Positions 31,710 to 39,256 of a stretch of DNA of 64,000 bases are shown here, piece by piece. Below the pieces are notes generated by a model. The model was given only the letters and a program-made list of their open reading frames with translations. It made no database searches and was not told the DNA's origin. Source of the DNA: Methylophilus sp. GTDB lineage: Bacteria; Pseudomonadota; Gammaproteobacteria; Burkholderiales; Methylophilaceae. The DNA lies in NCBI RefSeq assembly GCF_008015755.1, contig NZ_SSGF01000002.1, positions 60,204-124,203 of the forward strand, written 5' to 3'. The stretch's first letter is position 1, and every line of letters begins with the position of its first letter. The position numbers and the translations under genes were made by a program.

Positions 31710-32372
31710 CTACTGCATGCCCTTGAATATCTGGTAAGTGCCGCCGGTGTAGTTGCCTTGAAATGACGTAGCCCGCACACCCGCAGCCACTTCCATCTCC
31801 ACAGGCACGCGCTCATAAGCATAAAAATAACGCCCTTTTTGCACGCAACGGTCGCACGGGCTGTTGTCATAACTATACACGTCAACCTGCGCATCGCCGA
31901 CACCTTGAATGCGCTGTTGATGATAACCCGCCAGAATCACCTTCTCTATCACCACGCCGGGTGCGGCTTTAATCTCCCAGGTGACGGCCTCATAAGACAT
32001 CAGGCCTAAAATAATCGGCGTTGAATCATCACTCACGTTAACCCTAATGGTGCGCTGATCGCGGCCAGCGTTAAAAAATGACTGACAAGCCTGCGGAGTC
32101 ATCGGCTCGCCTTTACCTGCTGCCTCTTGCGCGGCCTGGCACTGTGCCCACCATGGCCGTTTATCCGCGTTTTCCGGGAGTTGCCCCTGATAAACGCCGA
32201 TCACATGCAGAGCTGCTTGCGAGGCCGATTTAGGCTTAATGACAGGTGCTTGGGTGATGGTGCTAGGCACACTGCCGCAACAACTCGCCAGCAATAGCGG
32301 CAGACACGCGGCCAGCAGTGCTCGTTTAAATGGATGCGGTGGCGTCCGCTGGTTTATTTCTACGCTGTGCAA
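31710..32372 (-). CDS. Hypothetical lipoprotein
   Basis: Cys-containing signal (LLASCC); domain LHVIGVYQG..IILGLMSYEAVTW..VILAGY..Q. Confidence 0.7.
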   Translation of the reverse strand: MHSVEINQRTPPHPFKRALLAACLPLLLASCCGSVPSTITQAPVIKPKSASQAALHVIGVYQGQLPENADKRPWWAQCQAAQEAAGKGEPMTPQACQSFFNAGRDQRTIRVNVSDDSTPIILGLMSYEAVTWEIKAAPGVVIEKVILAGYHQQRIQGVGDAQVDVYSYDNSPCDRCVQKGRYFYAYERVPVEMEVAAGVRATSFQGNYTGGTYQIFKGMQ

Positions 32373-32413
32373 ACCGATTGCTCCCTTTCGTCATCAAGCG
32401 GATAGATATCATC

Positions 32414-32435
32414 AAAAAAGGCCCCGATGGGGCCT
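32414..32435 (-). terminator. Terminator of the EamA gene
   Basis: Minus strand aggcccc-atc-ggggcc-T6. Confidence 0.75.
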
Positions 32436-32516
32436 GATGGTTTGAAAAAGCCAATCCTGTTTATAAATGAATCTGGCCGCTTTGCAATAGTCAGTTTGAG
32501 CTATACCCTGCCACTG

Positions 32517-32945
32517 CTAGCGTTTGATCGCAAATAGCAAGACGCCACTCGCAATCATGGCGAGACCCAGCCATTCGCGTGCGTTTAAGCGTTCGCCTAA
32601 AAACAGACAGGCAAACACGGCGACCAGCACCAGGCTGAGCTTATCCACCGGCGCAACTTTAGAGGCTTCGCCCAACTGCAACGCTCGAAAATAGCAAATC
32701 CACGAGCCACCAGTGGCCAGCGCAGACAAGCCCAGAAAAACCAGCGAGCGCGTAGGCAGCGTAAAAGGATTGCTCCACTTGCCCGCTAACCAGACAAAAG
32801 GTGCCAGCACCAGCATAATCAACACAGTACGAATCAAGGTGGCAAAGTCAGAGTCGACACCTTGAATGCCGATTTTGGCAAAAATCGCTGTTAGCGCAGC
32901 AAAGCAGGCTGACAGCAGTGCCCAGAACAACCATTGACTCTCCAT
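32517..32945 (-). CDS. EamA/DMT-family small transporter
   Basis: FAALTAIFAKIG, CYFRALQLGEASKVAPVDKLS. Confidence 0.92.
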   Translation of the reverse strand: MESQWLFWALLSACFAALTAIFAKIGIQGVDSDFATLIRTVLIMLVLAPFVWLAGKWSNPFTLPTRSLVFLGLSALATGGSWICYFRALQLGEASKVAPVDKLSLVLVAVFACLFLGERLNAREWLGLAMIASGVLLFAIKR

Positions 32946-33046
32946 AGTTTCGCCCCAATAAGATTGAATTGATCGCCCAGTATAACAATTGCAGCTAGCG
33001 TGTTAAACGTTGCATGACTCAATCAGCACGCACGGGCTTTAAAAGC

Positions 33047-33071
33047 AAAAAGACTGGCCGCAGCCAGTCTT
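33047..33071 (-). terminator. Terminator of aqpZ
   Basis: A5-gactggc-cgca-gccagtc-tt. Confidence 0.8.
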
Positions 33072-33108
33072 GTCAAGATTAAACGCCTGATGACGGGCGT
33101 TGCAGCGA

Positions 33109-33798
33109 TTACGCCTTGTCGCTACCGATAAACCGGTAAATCACCGCGCCCAATACCGCACCGATAATGGGCGCCAGCCAGAATAACCATAGCTGTGAAA
33201 TCGCCCAGCCATCGACAAACACCGCCACGCCGGTGCTACGTGCCGGGTTTACCGACGTATTGGTGACCGGGATTGAAATCAAGTGTATCAAAGTGAGGCA
33301 CAAGCCAATGGCAATCGGCGCAAAGCCTTGCGGAGCACGCTTGTCAGTCGCGCCCATAATCACCACCAGAAACATCATGGTCATCACCACTTCAGTCACA
33401 AACGCCGCCAGCAAACTGTAGCCCCCAGGTGAATGGGCCTCATAGCCATTAGACGCAAAGCCTGCGGTCACATCAAACCCCGCCTTGCCACTGGCGATGA
33501 TATACAACACGCCACCCGCGACAATCGCCCCCAGCACTTGCGACACAATATACGGCAGCAACTCTTTGGCCTGAAAGCGGCCGCCTGCCCATAGCCCGAT
33601 AGACACCGCCGGGTTGAGATGGCAACCAGAAATATGGCCAATGGCAAAGGCCATGGTGAGCACGGTCAAGCCAAATGCCAACGACACGCCCAGCAAGCCG
33701 ATGCCCACCTCAGGAAAAGCCGCCGCCAGTACCGCGCTACCACAGCCCCCAATCACTAACCAAAACGTGCCAAAAAACTCTGCGACATATTTTTTCAT
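33109..33798 (-). CDS. aqpZ: Aquaporin Z
   Basis: [12 protein letters not shown] and [10 protein letters not shown] (two NPA motifs). Confidence 0.97.
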   Translation of the reverse strand: MKKYVAEFFGTFWLVIGGCGSAVLAAAFPEVGIGLLGVSLAFGLTVLTMAFAIGHISGCHLNPAVSIGLWAGGRFQAKELLPYIVSQVLGAIVAGGVLYIIASGKAGFDVTAGFASNGYEAHSPGGYSLLAAFVTEVVMTMMFLVVIMGATDKRAPQGFAPIAIGLCLTLIHLISIPVTNTSVNPARSTGVAVFVDGWAISQLWLFWLAPIIGAVLGAVIYRFIGSDKA

Positions 33799-33987
33799 TG
33801 CGCCCTCTCCTTTTTTAAATAGCCTATTGTAAGTATCAAACTGCGCGGCGGGCTAGTTCTAAAGCGACCCTACCCAAGCAGCTTGAGCGCCCAATATAGC
33901 AAACTATGGCCGCTTAAACATCCACCTGTTAAAAAATATTAATAGTGCTACTATTCGATAATTGCCATGCCCCACAAACCGCGCAAT

Positions 33988-34013
33988 AAAAAAGGCCGGC
34001 AATTGCCGACCTT
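33988..34013 (-). terminator. Terminator after the VOC gene
   Basis: A6-ggccggc-aatt-gccgacc-tt. Confidence 0.7.
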
Positions 34014-34031
34014 GCACCCTGCGCCAAGCGA

Positions 34032-34400
34032 TTAATCTACGTTTTGCCCAATGCGCCACAACACACCTGAGGGGTCGGTGATACAAAAATCACGCATGCC
34101 CCAGCTTTGTAGCTGAATTGGCCATACCTTAACGCCATAAGTCTGAATAATGCCACTATGGTGTATGTTGTCCCACCAGGCATCCACATCCTGTACCAGC
34201 AGATGCATCATAAAATTCTCGGCCAGGTTCTCAACACAAAAATCCTGCAACAGAAAACTCGCGTGTGCATAGTGAAAATAAGCCACACCGCCGCCTTCTG
34301 ACGCCATGGTAAAGCCCATGTCTTGATAAAACTGCTTGGAAAGCGCGAAGTTTTTGGCGGGCACAAAGGCCTTGATTTCGGTGACTGTGAGATTAGACAT
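34032..34400 (-). CDS. VOC/glyoxalase-family protein
   Basis: AFVPAKNF.LSKQFY, QSWGMRDFCITDPSGVLWRIG. Confidence 0.9.
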   Translation of the reverse strand: MSNLTVTEIKAFVPAKNFALSKQFYQDMGFTMASEGGGVAYFHYAHASFLLQDFCVENLAENFMMHLLVQDVDAWWDNIHHSGIIQTYGVKVWPIQLQSWGMRDFCITDPSGVLWRIGQNVD

Positions 34401-34429
34401 AGTTTAAAAAGCCATTAAATCATCTGCAA

Positions 34430-34762
34430 CTAGCGCAATAACAAATAAATACAAAGCAGCGCCGACGTCATCGACAAGCCAAACGAAACAAACAGCATCG
34501 TCTTATAAGCCGCCACCTGTTTTTTTGCCGCCTGCCCTGCGTCCTCCAACGCCTGAATCGCCAGCTGCATTTTTTCTGCCAGCAAATGGATAGACTCCGC
34601 ATTTTGAATCGTCGCTGCCTGCAACTCCTCGATCTGGCTCGTCAATACAGGATCCACCTTGGCGGCCTCAGGCTTGGCAGTAAATGCAGGGATTGCCGCC
34701 GTCGCCACCTGCGCAATATAAGGCGCCACCGCCTTTAGAATGGGTAAAAACTGAATAGCCAC
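34430..34762 (-). CDS. Hypothetical coiled-coil protein with C-terminal TM anchor
   Basis: GTG start with GAGG RBS; heptad-like region followed by a hydrophobic C-terminus. Confidence 0.7.
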   Translation of the reverse strand: MAIQFLPILKAVAPYIAQVATAAIPAFTAKPEAAKVDPVLTSQIEELQAATIQNAESIHLLAEKMQLAIQALEDAGQAAKKQVAAYKTMLFVSFGLSMTSALLCIYLLLR

Positions 34763-34882
34763 ACAACACCTCAATGATTGGCACAAATACAATAGCCACC
34801 AATAGTAAAGCCTATGCTTTCAGGCGTCCACCCTGGTGTGTAGAAGAAAGTACAAGAGCAACTGTGGATGATGTTTCATGAC

Positions 34883-34926
34883 ACCTAACGTTTAAAAGCC
34901 AGTCCCGCTTGATGGATGGGTTAGGC
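34883..34926 (-). repeat. Terminal attC, internally deleted (44 bp)
   Basis: acctaacgttt-aaaagcca-gtcccgcttgatggatgggttaggc; lacks the L' box and half of the central stem. Confidence 0.85.
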
Positions 34927-34937
34927 TGCCTCATTTA

Positions 34938-35288
34938 TTATTGCCTTACCTTGAACTTGTTTAGATTCTTTCCTAGCGAATCATCACCTAGATTCCATTC
35001 GAAAATTGCAGCATCATTTTTGCGCACGGCATAGTACCCAACAAGATCACTTCCCACCCAATCTCTTGGCACGTCAAAGTGGTAATGCAATTGAAAAACA
35101 AAATATTTTTTTGAAGTGGAATAAAGCCAACAATAGTATTTGCCTTCTGGGTCTTCCATGGCTGAAAGGTGCTTTTTCTTGGCAGCGTCAGTCAGCATGG
35201 TGCATGCTTCGGTCTCTGATTTGACTGCAGCATTTACAGTAAATGTAGACATCATTAGAACTAAGATGGCTGACTTACCTCTGTGCAT
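34938..35288 (-). CDS. Cassette 9: hypothetical secreted protein
   Basis: Signal-peptide-like N-terminus, 2 Cys, bounded by attC sites. Confidence 0.85.
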   Translation of the reverse strand: MHRGKSAILVLMMSTFTVNAAVKSETEACTMLTDAAKKKHLSAMEDPEGKYYCWLYSTSKKYFVFQLHYHFDVPRDWVGSDLVGYYAVRKNDAAIFEWNLGDDSLGKNLNKFKVRQ

Positions 35289-35294
35289 GTAGAA

Positions 35295-35354
35295 GCCTAA
35301 CGTTTGACATAAGGGGCGCGCTTTAGCGCGTCCCGCTTGATGGATGGGTTAGGC
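35295..35354 (-). repeat. attC (60 bp, CAT-type L boxes)
   Basis: Minus strand GCCTAAC-ccatc-catcaagc...cttatg-tcaaac-GTTAGGC. Confidence 0.95.
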
Positions 35355-35363
35355 CGATACCAC

Positions 35364-35762
35364 TCACTTGATTTTGCATTTATTACTGCCACGGGAAATT
35401 ATGATTTGCTCGGCCAGTTGACCATTCATGCCGCAATGATAGCCGTGCGAAAGATCAACGAACCGAACCGTATAAGTGTTACCTCTTTGTTCAATTACCG
35501 CAGCCCCTTCGTCGAAATTAATCGTTGTAATTTTTCCTTGATCAGACCACTTCGTGTCTTCGTCTCCACGTCGAGCGCTTACGTCACAGCTATATTCGCC
35601 GGCAGTGCTGAAATACTTAAGTCCTAATACCTTTTCGCTTTCTATCTCGAGTGACAGCGAGTCAGTGAAATGCCCTTTTCCAGAATTGCACTTCAAATTC
35701 TCGCCAGCCCAAGATTGAGAAATAGAAAACACAGCAATCACTATGAGAATTATCTTGGACAA
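35364..35762 (-). CDS. Cassette 8: hypothetical secreted protein (4 Cys)
   Basis: TTG start with GGAG RBS; signal peptide ending SWA-G. Confidence 0.85.
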   Translation of the reverse strand: MSKIILIVIAVFSISQSWAGENLKCNSGKGHFTDSLSLEIESEKVLGLKYFSTAGEYSCDVSARRGDEDTKWSDQGKITTINFDEGAAVIEQRGNTYTVRFVDLSHGYHCGMNGQLAEQIIISRGSNKCKIK

Positions 35763-35772
35763 TTTGACTCCA

Positions 35773-35830
35773 GCCTAACGTTTGACATAAGGGGCGCCGC
35801 AAGGCGTCCCGCTTGATGGATGGGTTAGGT
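35773..35830 (-). repeat. attC (58 bp, CAT-type)
   Basis: gcctaacgtttgacataaggggcgccgcaaggcgtcccgcttgatggatgggttaggt. Confidence 0.95.
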
Positions 35831-35845
35831 TTTTTAAAACACCAA

Positions 35846-36046
35846 TCATTCTGGAGTATTTTCAAGTTCTTGATATAAGTCTTGGAGTGCTTTGTCAAAA
35901 GAAGCTACAAGAGTTTTTGACATTTGAGCATTCGAAGAGCCCTTGTATTTTCCATTATTCCAAGCCTGAGACTCACGCTCTGCAACAGCTTTTTGGCTTT
36001 GTTTTTTCTCTATTTCCTTGAGGATTTCATCTCTTTTTCTCATCAC
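35846..36046 (-). CDS. Cassette 7, second ORF: hypothetical 66-aa charged helical protein
   Basis: Starts 2 nt after the stop of the preceding ORF; no attC between the two. Confidence 0.75.
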   Translation of the reverse strand: MMRKRDEILKEIEKKQSQKAVAERESQAWNNGKYKGSSNAQMSKTLVASFDKALQDLYQELENTPE

Positions 36047-36048
36047 GA

Positions 36049-36231
36049 TTAACCTGCATTTCTTATAAGTTCATTTAGCAATAATTTTGCTAAGACATTG
36101 TTATTTGATGAGACGGAAGCTGATTTACTTCCCAAGTTAACTGAACTTACGGTAAGCATTCCATCTTCAACTTTTGCTGTGGCTTGATATAGCTTGCCGT
36201 CTTTTTCAACTTCAACTTCAAATCTAGTCAT
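36049..36231 (-). CDS. Cassette 7, first ORF: hypothetical 60-aa protein
   Basis: ATG 6 nt after the GTTAGGT core. Confidence 0.75.
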   Translation of the reverse strand: MTRFEVEVEKDGKLYQATAKVEDGMLTVSSVNLGSKSASVSSNNNVLAKLLLNELIRNAG

Positions 36232-36237
36232 ATTTAA

Positions 36238-36297
36238 ACCTAACGTTTGAATTCAGGGGCCTGCTTTAGCAGGTCCCGCTTGAATGAGGGGTTAGGC
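36238..36297 (-). repeat. attC (60 bp, variant AAT-type)
   Basis: acctaacgtttgaattcaggggcctgctttagcaggtcccgcttgaatgaggggttaggc. Confidence 0.93.
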
Positions 36298-36302
36298 AAC
36301 TT

Positions 36303-36587
36303 TTAATTTTTAGCATGATTTTTCTTTTTATTAAGATAAGTGGGAATTTTATCTAAACATTCCTTTGATCGCCTTGTGATTTCATTCAATTCATTCTCGT
36401 AGTAGTAGTCTCGATTTAGCTCTCGAAGTCTTTTAGCAAGAAGCTCACTCTCAGCACACTCAGGAATGTTAGCATTAAATTCTTTCTGCAACTCTGGGTC
36501 TATAGGCCTCGCCCTGCTCCAATATAGAAATAATGCATAAATTAGAATACAAAGTACCAAAACAATTATCAGAATCTTTTTTGCCAT
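36303..36587 (-). CDS. Cassette 6: hypothetical N-terminally anchored membrane protein (94 aa)
   Basis: Start MAKKILII at 36587, 9 nt after the core site; the longer ORF-track call reads through attC. Confidence 0.82.
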   Translation of the reverse strand: MAKKILIIVLVLCILIYALFLYWSRARPIDPELQKEFNANIPECAESELLAKRLRELNRDYYYENELNEITRRSKECLDKIPTYLNKKKNHAKN

Positions 36588-36596
36588 TCGCGACTG

Positions 36597-36654
36597 GCCT
36601 AACGTTTGACATAAGGGGCGCCGTAAGGCGTCCCGCTTGATGGATGGGTTGGGC
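36597..36654 (-). repeat. attC (58 bp, CAT-type)
   Basis: gcctaacgtttgacataaggggcgccgtaaggcgtcccgcttgatggatgggttgggc. Confidence 0.95.
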
Positions 36655-36660
36655 CGTGAC

Positions 36661-37005
36661 TTATTTGTACCATTCAGGTTTCCTTGTTTTCTTACAGAAA
36701 TGCCGTGCCGCTGATTTGTCTTTTGGCTCAATCTCGGACTCTAACTCATTTAGTTTTGTAAGAATTTTTTCTTGGTTCTTATACTTGTGTTTGAGTTTTG
36801 TTAGTTTCGCATCGGTTCCTGTGCAGGATTGGCAAATTGACCAGTCAATATCGGCTTGCCTTTCTTCATCGTAACCATACTCACCTCGCCAGTGGTCGCA
36901 TGATTCGCGCAGTTCTAAATAGCTTGAAACATCTCTCGGTAAGGCATCTTCTGCCAGTGACTGGCAGGCAATGCAAAACAAAATGTATAAGCAAAGAAAT
37001 CTCAT
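36661..37005 (-). CDS. Cassette 5: hypothetical secreted Cys-rich protein
   Basis: Signal peptide ending SLA-E; LP.DV..R..CDHWRGE..YD.ER..C..CTGTD. Confidence 0.87.
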   Translation of the reverse strand: MRFLCLYILFCIACQSLAEDALPRDVSSYLELRESCDHWRGEYGYDEERQADIDWSICQSCTGTDAKLTKLKHKYKNQEKILTKLNELESEIEPKDKSAARHFCKKTRKPEWYK

Positions 37006-37008
37006 GTG

Positions 37009-37066
37009 GCCTAACGTTTGAATTAAGGGGCGCCGTTAGGCGTCCCGCTTGAATGATGGGTTAGCC
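37009..37066 (-). repeat. attC (58 bp, AAT-type)
   Basis: gcctaacgtttgaattaaggggcgccgttaggcgtcccgcttgaatgatgggttagcc. Confidence 0.95.
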
Positions 37067-37067
37067 A

Positions 37068-37589
37068 TTACCACATATACCATGATATGACCGCTAAATT
37101 TTCTTTTGGAATAAGCTCAATGAGTATCTCGGCATCCTCACGAGTAGCTCGATTAGTGAGGGTGTATTGGCTTGCCATTAAACTTAGAGGCTTCAATTTT
37201 TTGTCCATATTCGCACAACCATCAGATTTTGTTTCGTGAACGGGTTCGGACGAAATCGAGGTTTTAAGCTGCTCCCATGAGGTTTGAGACAGCCGTACAA
37301 TAAAACATACTGAATAATCACCATGAATATCGGGGTATGTAGCAGTTTTGTATTGAAATTGGGCATCGGATGGCAGGTTAACTTTAACCAAGCGTTGCAA
37401 CTCAGAAGTGTAAAAAGACTGAGGTGGATAGACTGCATCATAAATTGACCATAAAACCCAAAGAAAACTGGCGGCTAGAAACATGCGACCATAGCGACCT
37501 TTTGACCATAACCAACGAACTGAAAAGAATAATAGTACTGGAATGCAAATTAACAATAAACCAAGAATGATTAAACCTATGTATCCCAT
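37068..37589 (-). CDS. Cassette 4: hypothetical 2-TM protein with periplasmic domain
   Basis: Two N-terminal TM segments, then LPSDA..K.ATYPDIHGDY. Confidence 0.87.
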   Translation of the reverse strand: MGYIGLIILGLLLICIPVLLFFSVRWLWSKGRYGRMFLAASFLWVLWSIYDAVYPPQSFYTSELQRLVKVNLPSDAQFQYKTATYPDIHGDYSVCFIVRLSQTSWEQLKTSISSEPVHETKSDGCANMDKKLKPLSLMASQYTLTNRATREDAEILIELIPKENLAVISWYMW

Positions 37590-37592
37590 AAT

Positions 37593-37652
37593 GGCTAACG
37601 TTTGAATTAAGGGGCGCGCTTTAGCGCGTCCCGCTTGAATGATGGGTTAGGT
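37593..37652 (-). repeat. attC (60 bp, AAT-type)
   Basis: ggctaacgtttgaattaaggggcgcgctttagcgcgtcccgcttgaatgatgggttaggt. Confidence 0.95.
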
Positions 37653-37663
37653 GGCCTAGACAC

Positions 37664-38473
37664 TTATGAGTGACCCCATACCTTTACTGATGAAACGACC
37701 AATATGACAGCGAGGATGGGTAGAAGCACTGCTGGAGGAACGATACCCAACAAACGCCCACCAATAAAAGCACCCAGCAAAGACCCAGCAGCCATAACTA
37801 AAAGAAAATGGCGTTGTGCTCGTATAACGCCAAAACTTTGGTCTTGGCTATAACGAGTGAAACCAACAAGCATGGTGGGAAGACTGACGGCAAGTGAAAG
37901 GCTGCCAGCAAGTTTAATGTCAGCGCCAAACAACAGAACAATAGTGGGGATGAGCAGCTCGCCACCTGCTACCCCCATAAGTGAAGCAACCACACCAATA
38001 GCAAAACCAGCTACAGCGCCAGCGATGGCTAAAGACACCCCAGTTAATAAGGGTGCACTACCCGAGCTTGGCTCGTGACCCAATAACAAAGCTGCTGCAA
38101 TAACCAAGAGCAAAACGGCTAGCACACGATAAAGGGTTTTGGATTTAAGTTTAGTTGCCCAGCCGGCACCAAGCCATGCGCCAGCTAAACTACCAGCGAG
38201 CAAAGTAAGTATTACATCCCAGCGCCCGAGAATGCTTGAGAGAGGCACAGCAACTGCCCGAAAGGGCAGAGACGACGCTACAACAACAAGGCTAATGGCT
38301 TTGTTAAGAATAACGGCTGAGAGTGCATTAAAGCCGAATAGGCCAATAAGCAAAGGCAGACGAAACTCAGCGCCACCAAGACCAATAAGGCCTCCAAGTG
38401 TACCAACAGCAAAGCCGCTGCCAAAAATAGTGATGGCTTTATATGGATTCACATTAGATTCAATTTGAGACAA
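37664..38473 (-). CDS. Cassette 3: TSUP (TauE/SafE sulfite-exporter) family transporter
   Basis: Duplicated GGLIGLGGAEFRLP and SLMGVAGGELLIP signatures; about 8 TM. Confidence 0.92.
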   Translation of the reverse strand: MSQIESNVNPYKAITIFGSGFAVGTLGGLIGLGGAEFRLPLLIGLFGFNALSAVILNKAISLVVVASSLPFRAVAVPLSSILGRWDVILTLLAGSLAGAWLGAGWATKLKSKTLYRVLAVLLLVIAAALLLGHEPSSGSAPLLTGVSLAIAGAVAGFAIGVVASLMGVAGGELLIPTIVLLFGADIKLAGSLSLAVSLPTMLVGFTRYSQDQSFGVIRAQRHFLLVMAAGSLLGAFIGGRLLGIVPPAVLLPILAVILVVSSVKVWGHS

Positions 38474-38485
38474 GATGGTTTAGAC

Positions 38486-38545
38486 ACCTAACGTTTGAAT
38501 TAAGGGGCGTGCTTTAGCACGTCCCGCTTGAATGATGGGTTAGGT
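38486..38545 (-). repeat. attC (60 bp, AAT-type)
   Basis: acctaacgtttgaattaaggggcgtgctttagcacgtcccgcttgaatgatgggttaggt. Confidence 0.95.
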
Positions 38546-38890
38546 GTTTGTTTTAACATGGCGAGACCTTATAAGTAACCCTAAGCCAGCAAAAATTAAA
38601 ATAAGAAAAGGACTGAACCAGCTAACAAAAATGTAAGTGCTACTGGCTTCTTGAGCAATAGCTGCTGCAATGTATGGGTCATTAACTTCGAATAGCCCAG
38701 ATAATGTTAGCAGCCCTAACATTGGTAAGACAATAAGCAATAGCGTGGGGTTGAAACGAGCTGACAAATACGATGCAATGACACCAACAACCATTGTTAT
38801 TGAAATTGATAAAAGCGAAGGCATTTTATCCATGACTTCGGCATTGCAGATTGCCGGGAATAGCAAAAATATGATTAATGCAACTCTCAT
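38540..38890 (-). CDS. Cassette 2: hypothetical membrane protein (signal peptide + about 3 TM)
   Basis: AEVMDKMPSL...DPYIAAAIAQEA; stop codon lies inside the ACCTAAC inverse core. Confidence 0.87.
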   Translation of the reverse strand: MRVALIIFLLFPAICNAEVMDKMPSLLSISITMVVGVIASYLSARFNPTLLLIVLPMLGLLTLSGLFEVNDPYIAAAIAQEASSTYIFVSWFSPFLILIFAGLGLLIRSRHVKTNT

Positions 38891-38893
38891 GAC

Positions 38894-38951
38894 ACCTAAC
38901 GTTTGAATTAAGGGGCGCCGTTAGGCGTCCCGCTTGAATGATGGGTTAGAC
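38894..38951 (-). repeat. attC (58 bp, AAT-type)
   Basis: acctaacgtttgaattaaggggcgccgttaggcgtcccgcttgaatgatgggttagac. Confidence 0.95.
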
Positions 38952-39251
38952 CGTAGTTGTACCATTTATTAATGCCTTTGCAATGGAGAGTAGCTCTACA
39001 AATTTAGGGGCCTGAGGGTTTGCAACTCCAGATAAATGAGGACCTATATCTTGCCACTGCTCTGGAGATGTAGCCGACTGTAAAAACCCATAGCCTTCTT
39101 TACCATCCCAGACCAACCTAAATTGTGAACCCTGATTAGCATTAAATACACAATATGCGCTGCCACCAAAGAACTCAGGCTGTAGGTGCTCTTCAGCAAC
39201 AGTAGCGCCAAGGCTTTTAATGGCATCACGAATTGTCGAATATTCACGCAT
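38946..39251 (-). CDS. Cassette 1 (attI-proximal): hypothetical cytoplasmic protein
   Basis: ATG 5 nt after attI GTTAGAC; FRLVWDGKEG motif; stop inside GTCTAAC. Confidence 0.85.
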   Translation of the reverse strand: MREYSTIRDAIKSLGATVAEEHLQPEFFGGSAYCVFNANQGSQFRLVWDGKEGYGFLQSATSPEQWQDIGPHLSGVANPQAPKFVELLSIAKALINGTTTV

Positions 39252-39256
39252 TAGAG

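Noticed and set aside
34401-34415. gtttaaaaagcca resembling the insert in the deleted attC
   Set aside because: Short AT-rich match expected by chance, with no attC arms around it.
36303-36731. 142-aa ORF reading through an attC
   Set aside because: The N-terminal 48 codons are an alternative frame of cassette 5 plus the attC. The cassette gene most plausibly starts at 36587.
34883-38951. Regularly spaced repeats as a CRISPR array
   Set aside because: Spacers are 350-850 bp and contain whole genes, repeats have attC R/L boxes, IntI is adjacent, and there are no cas genes.
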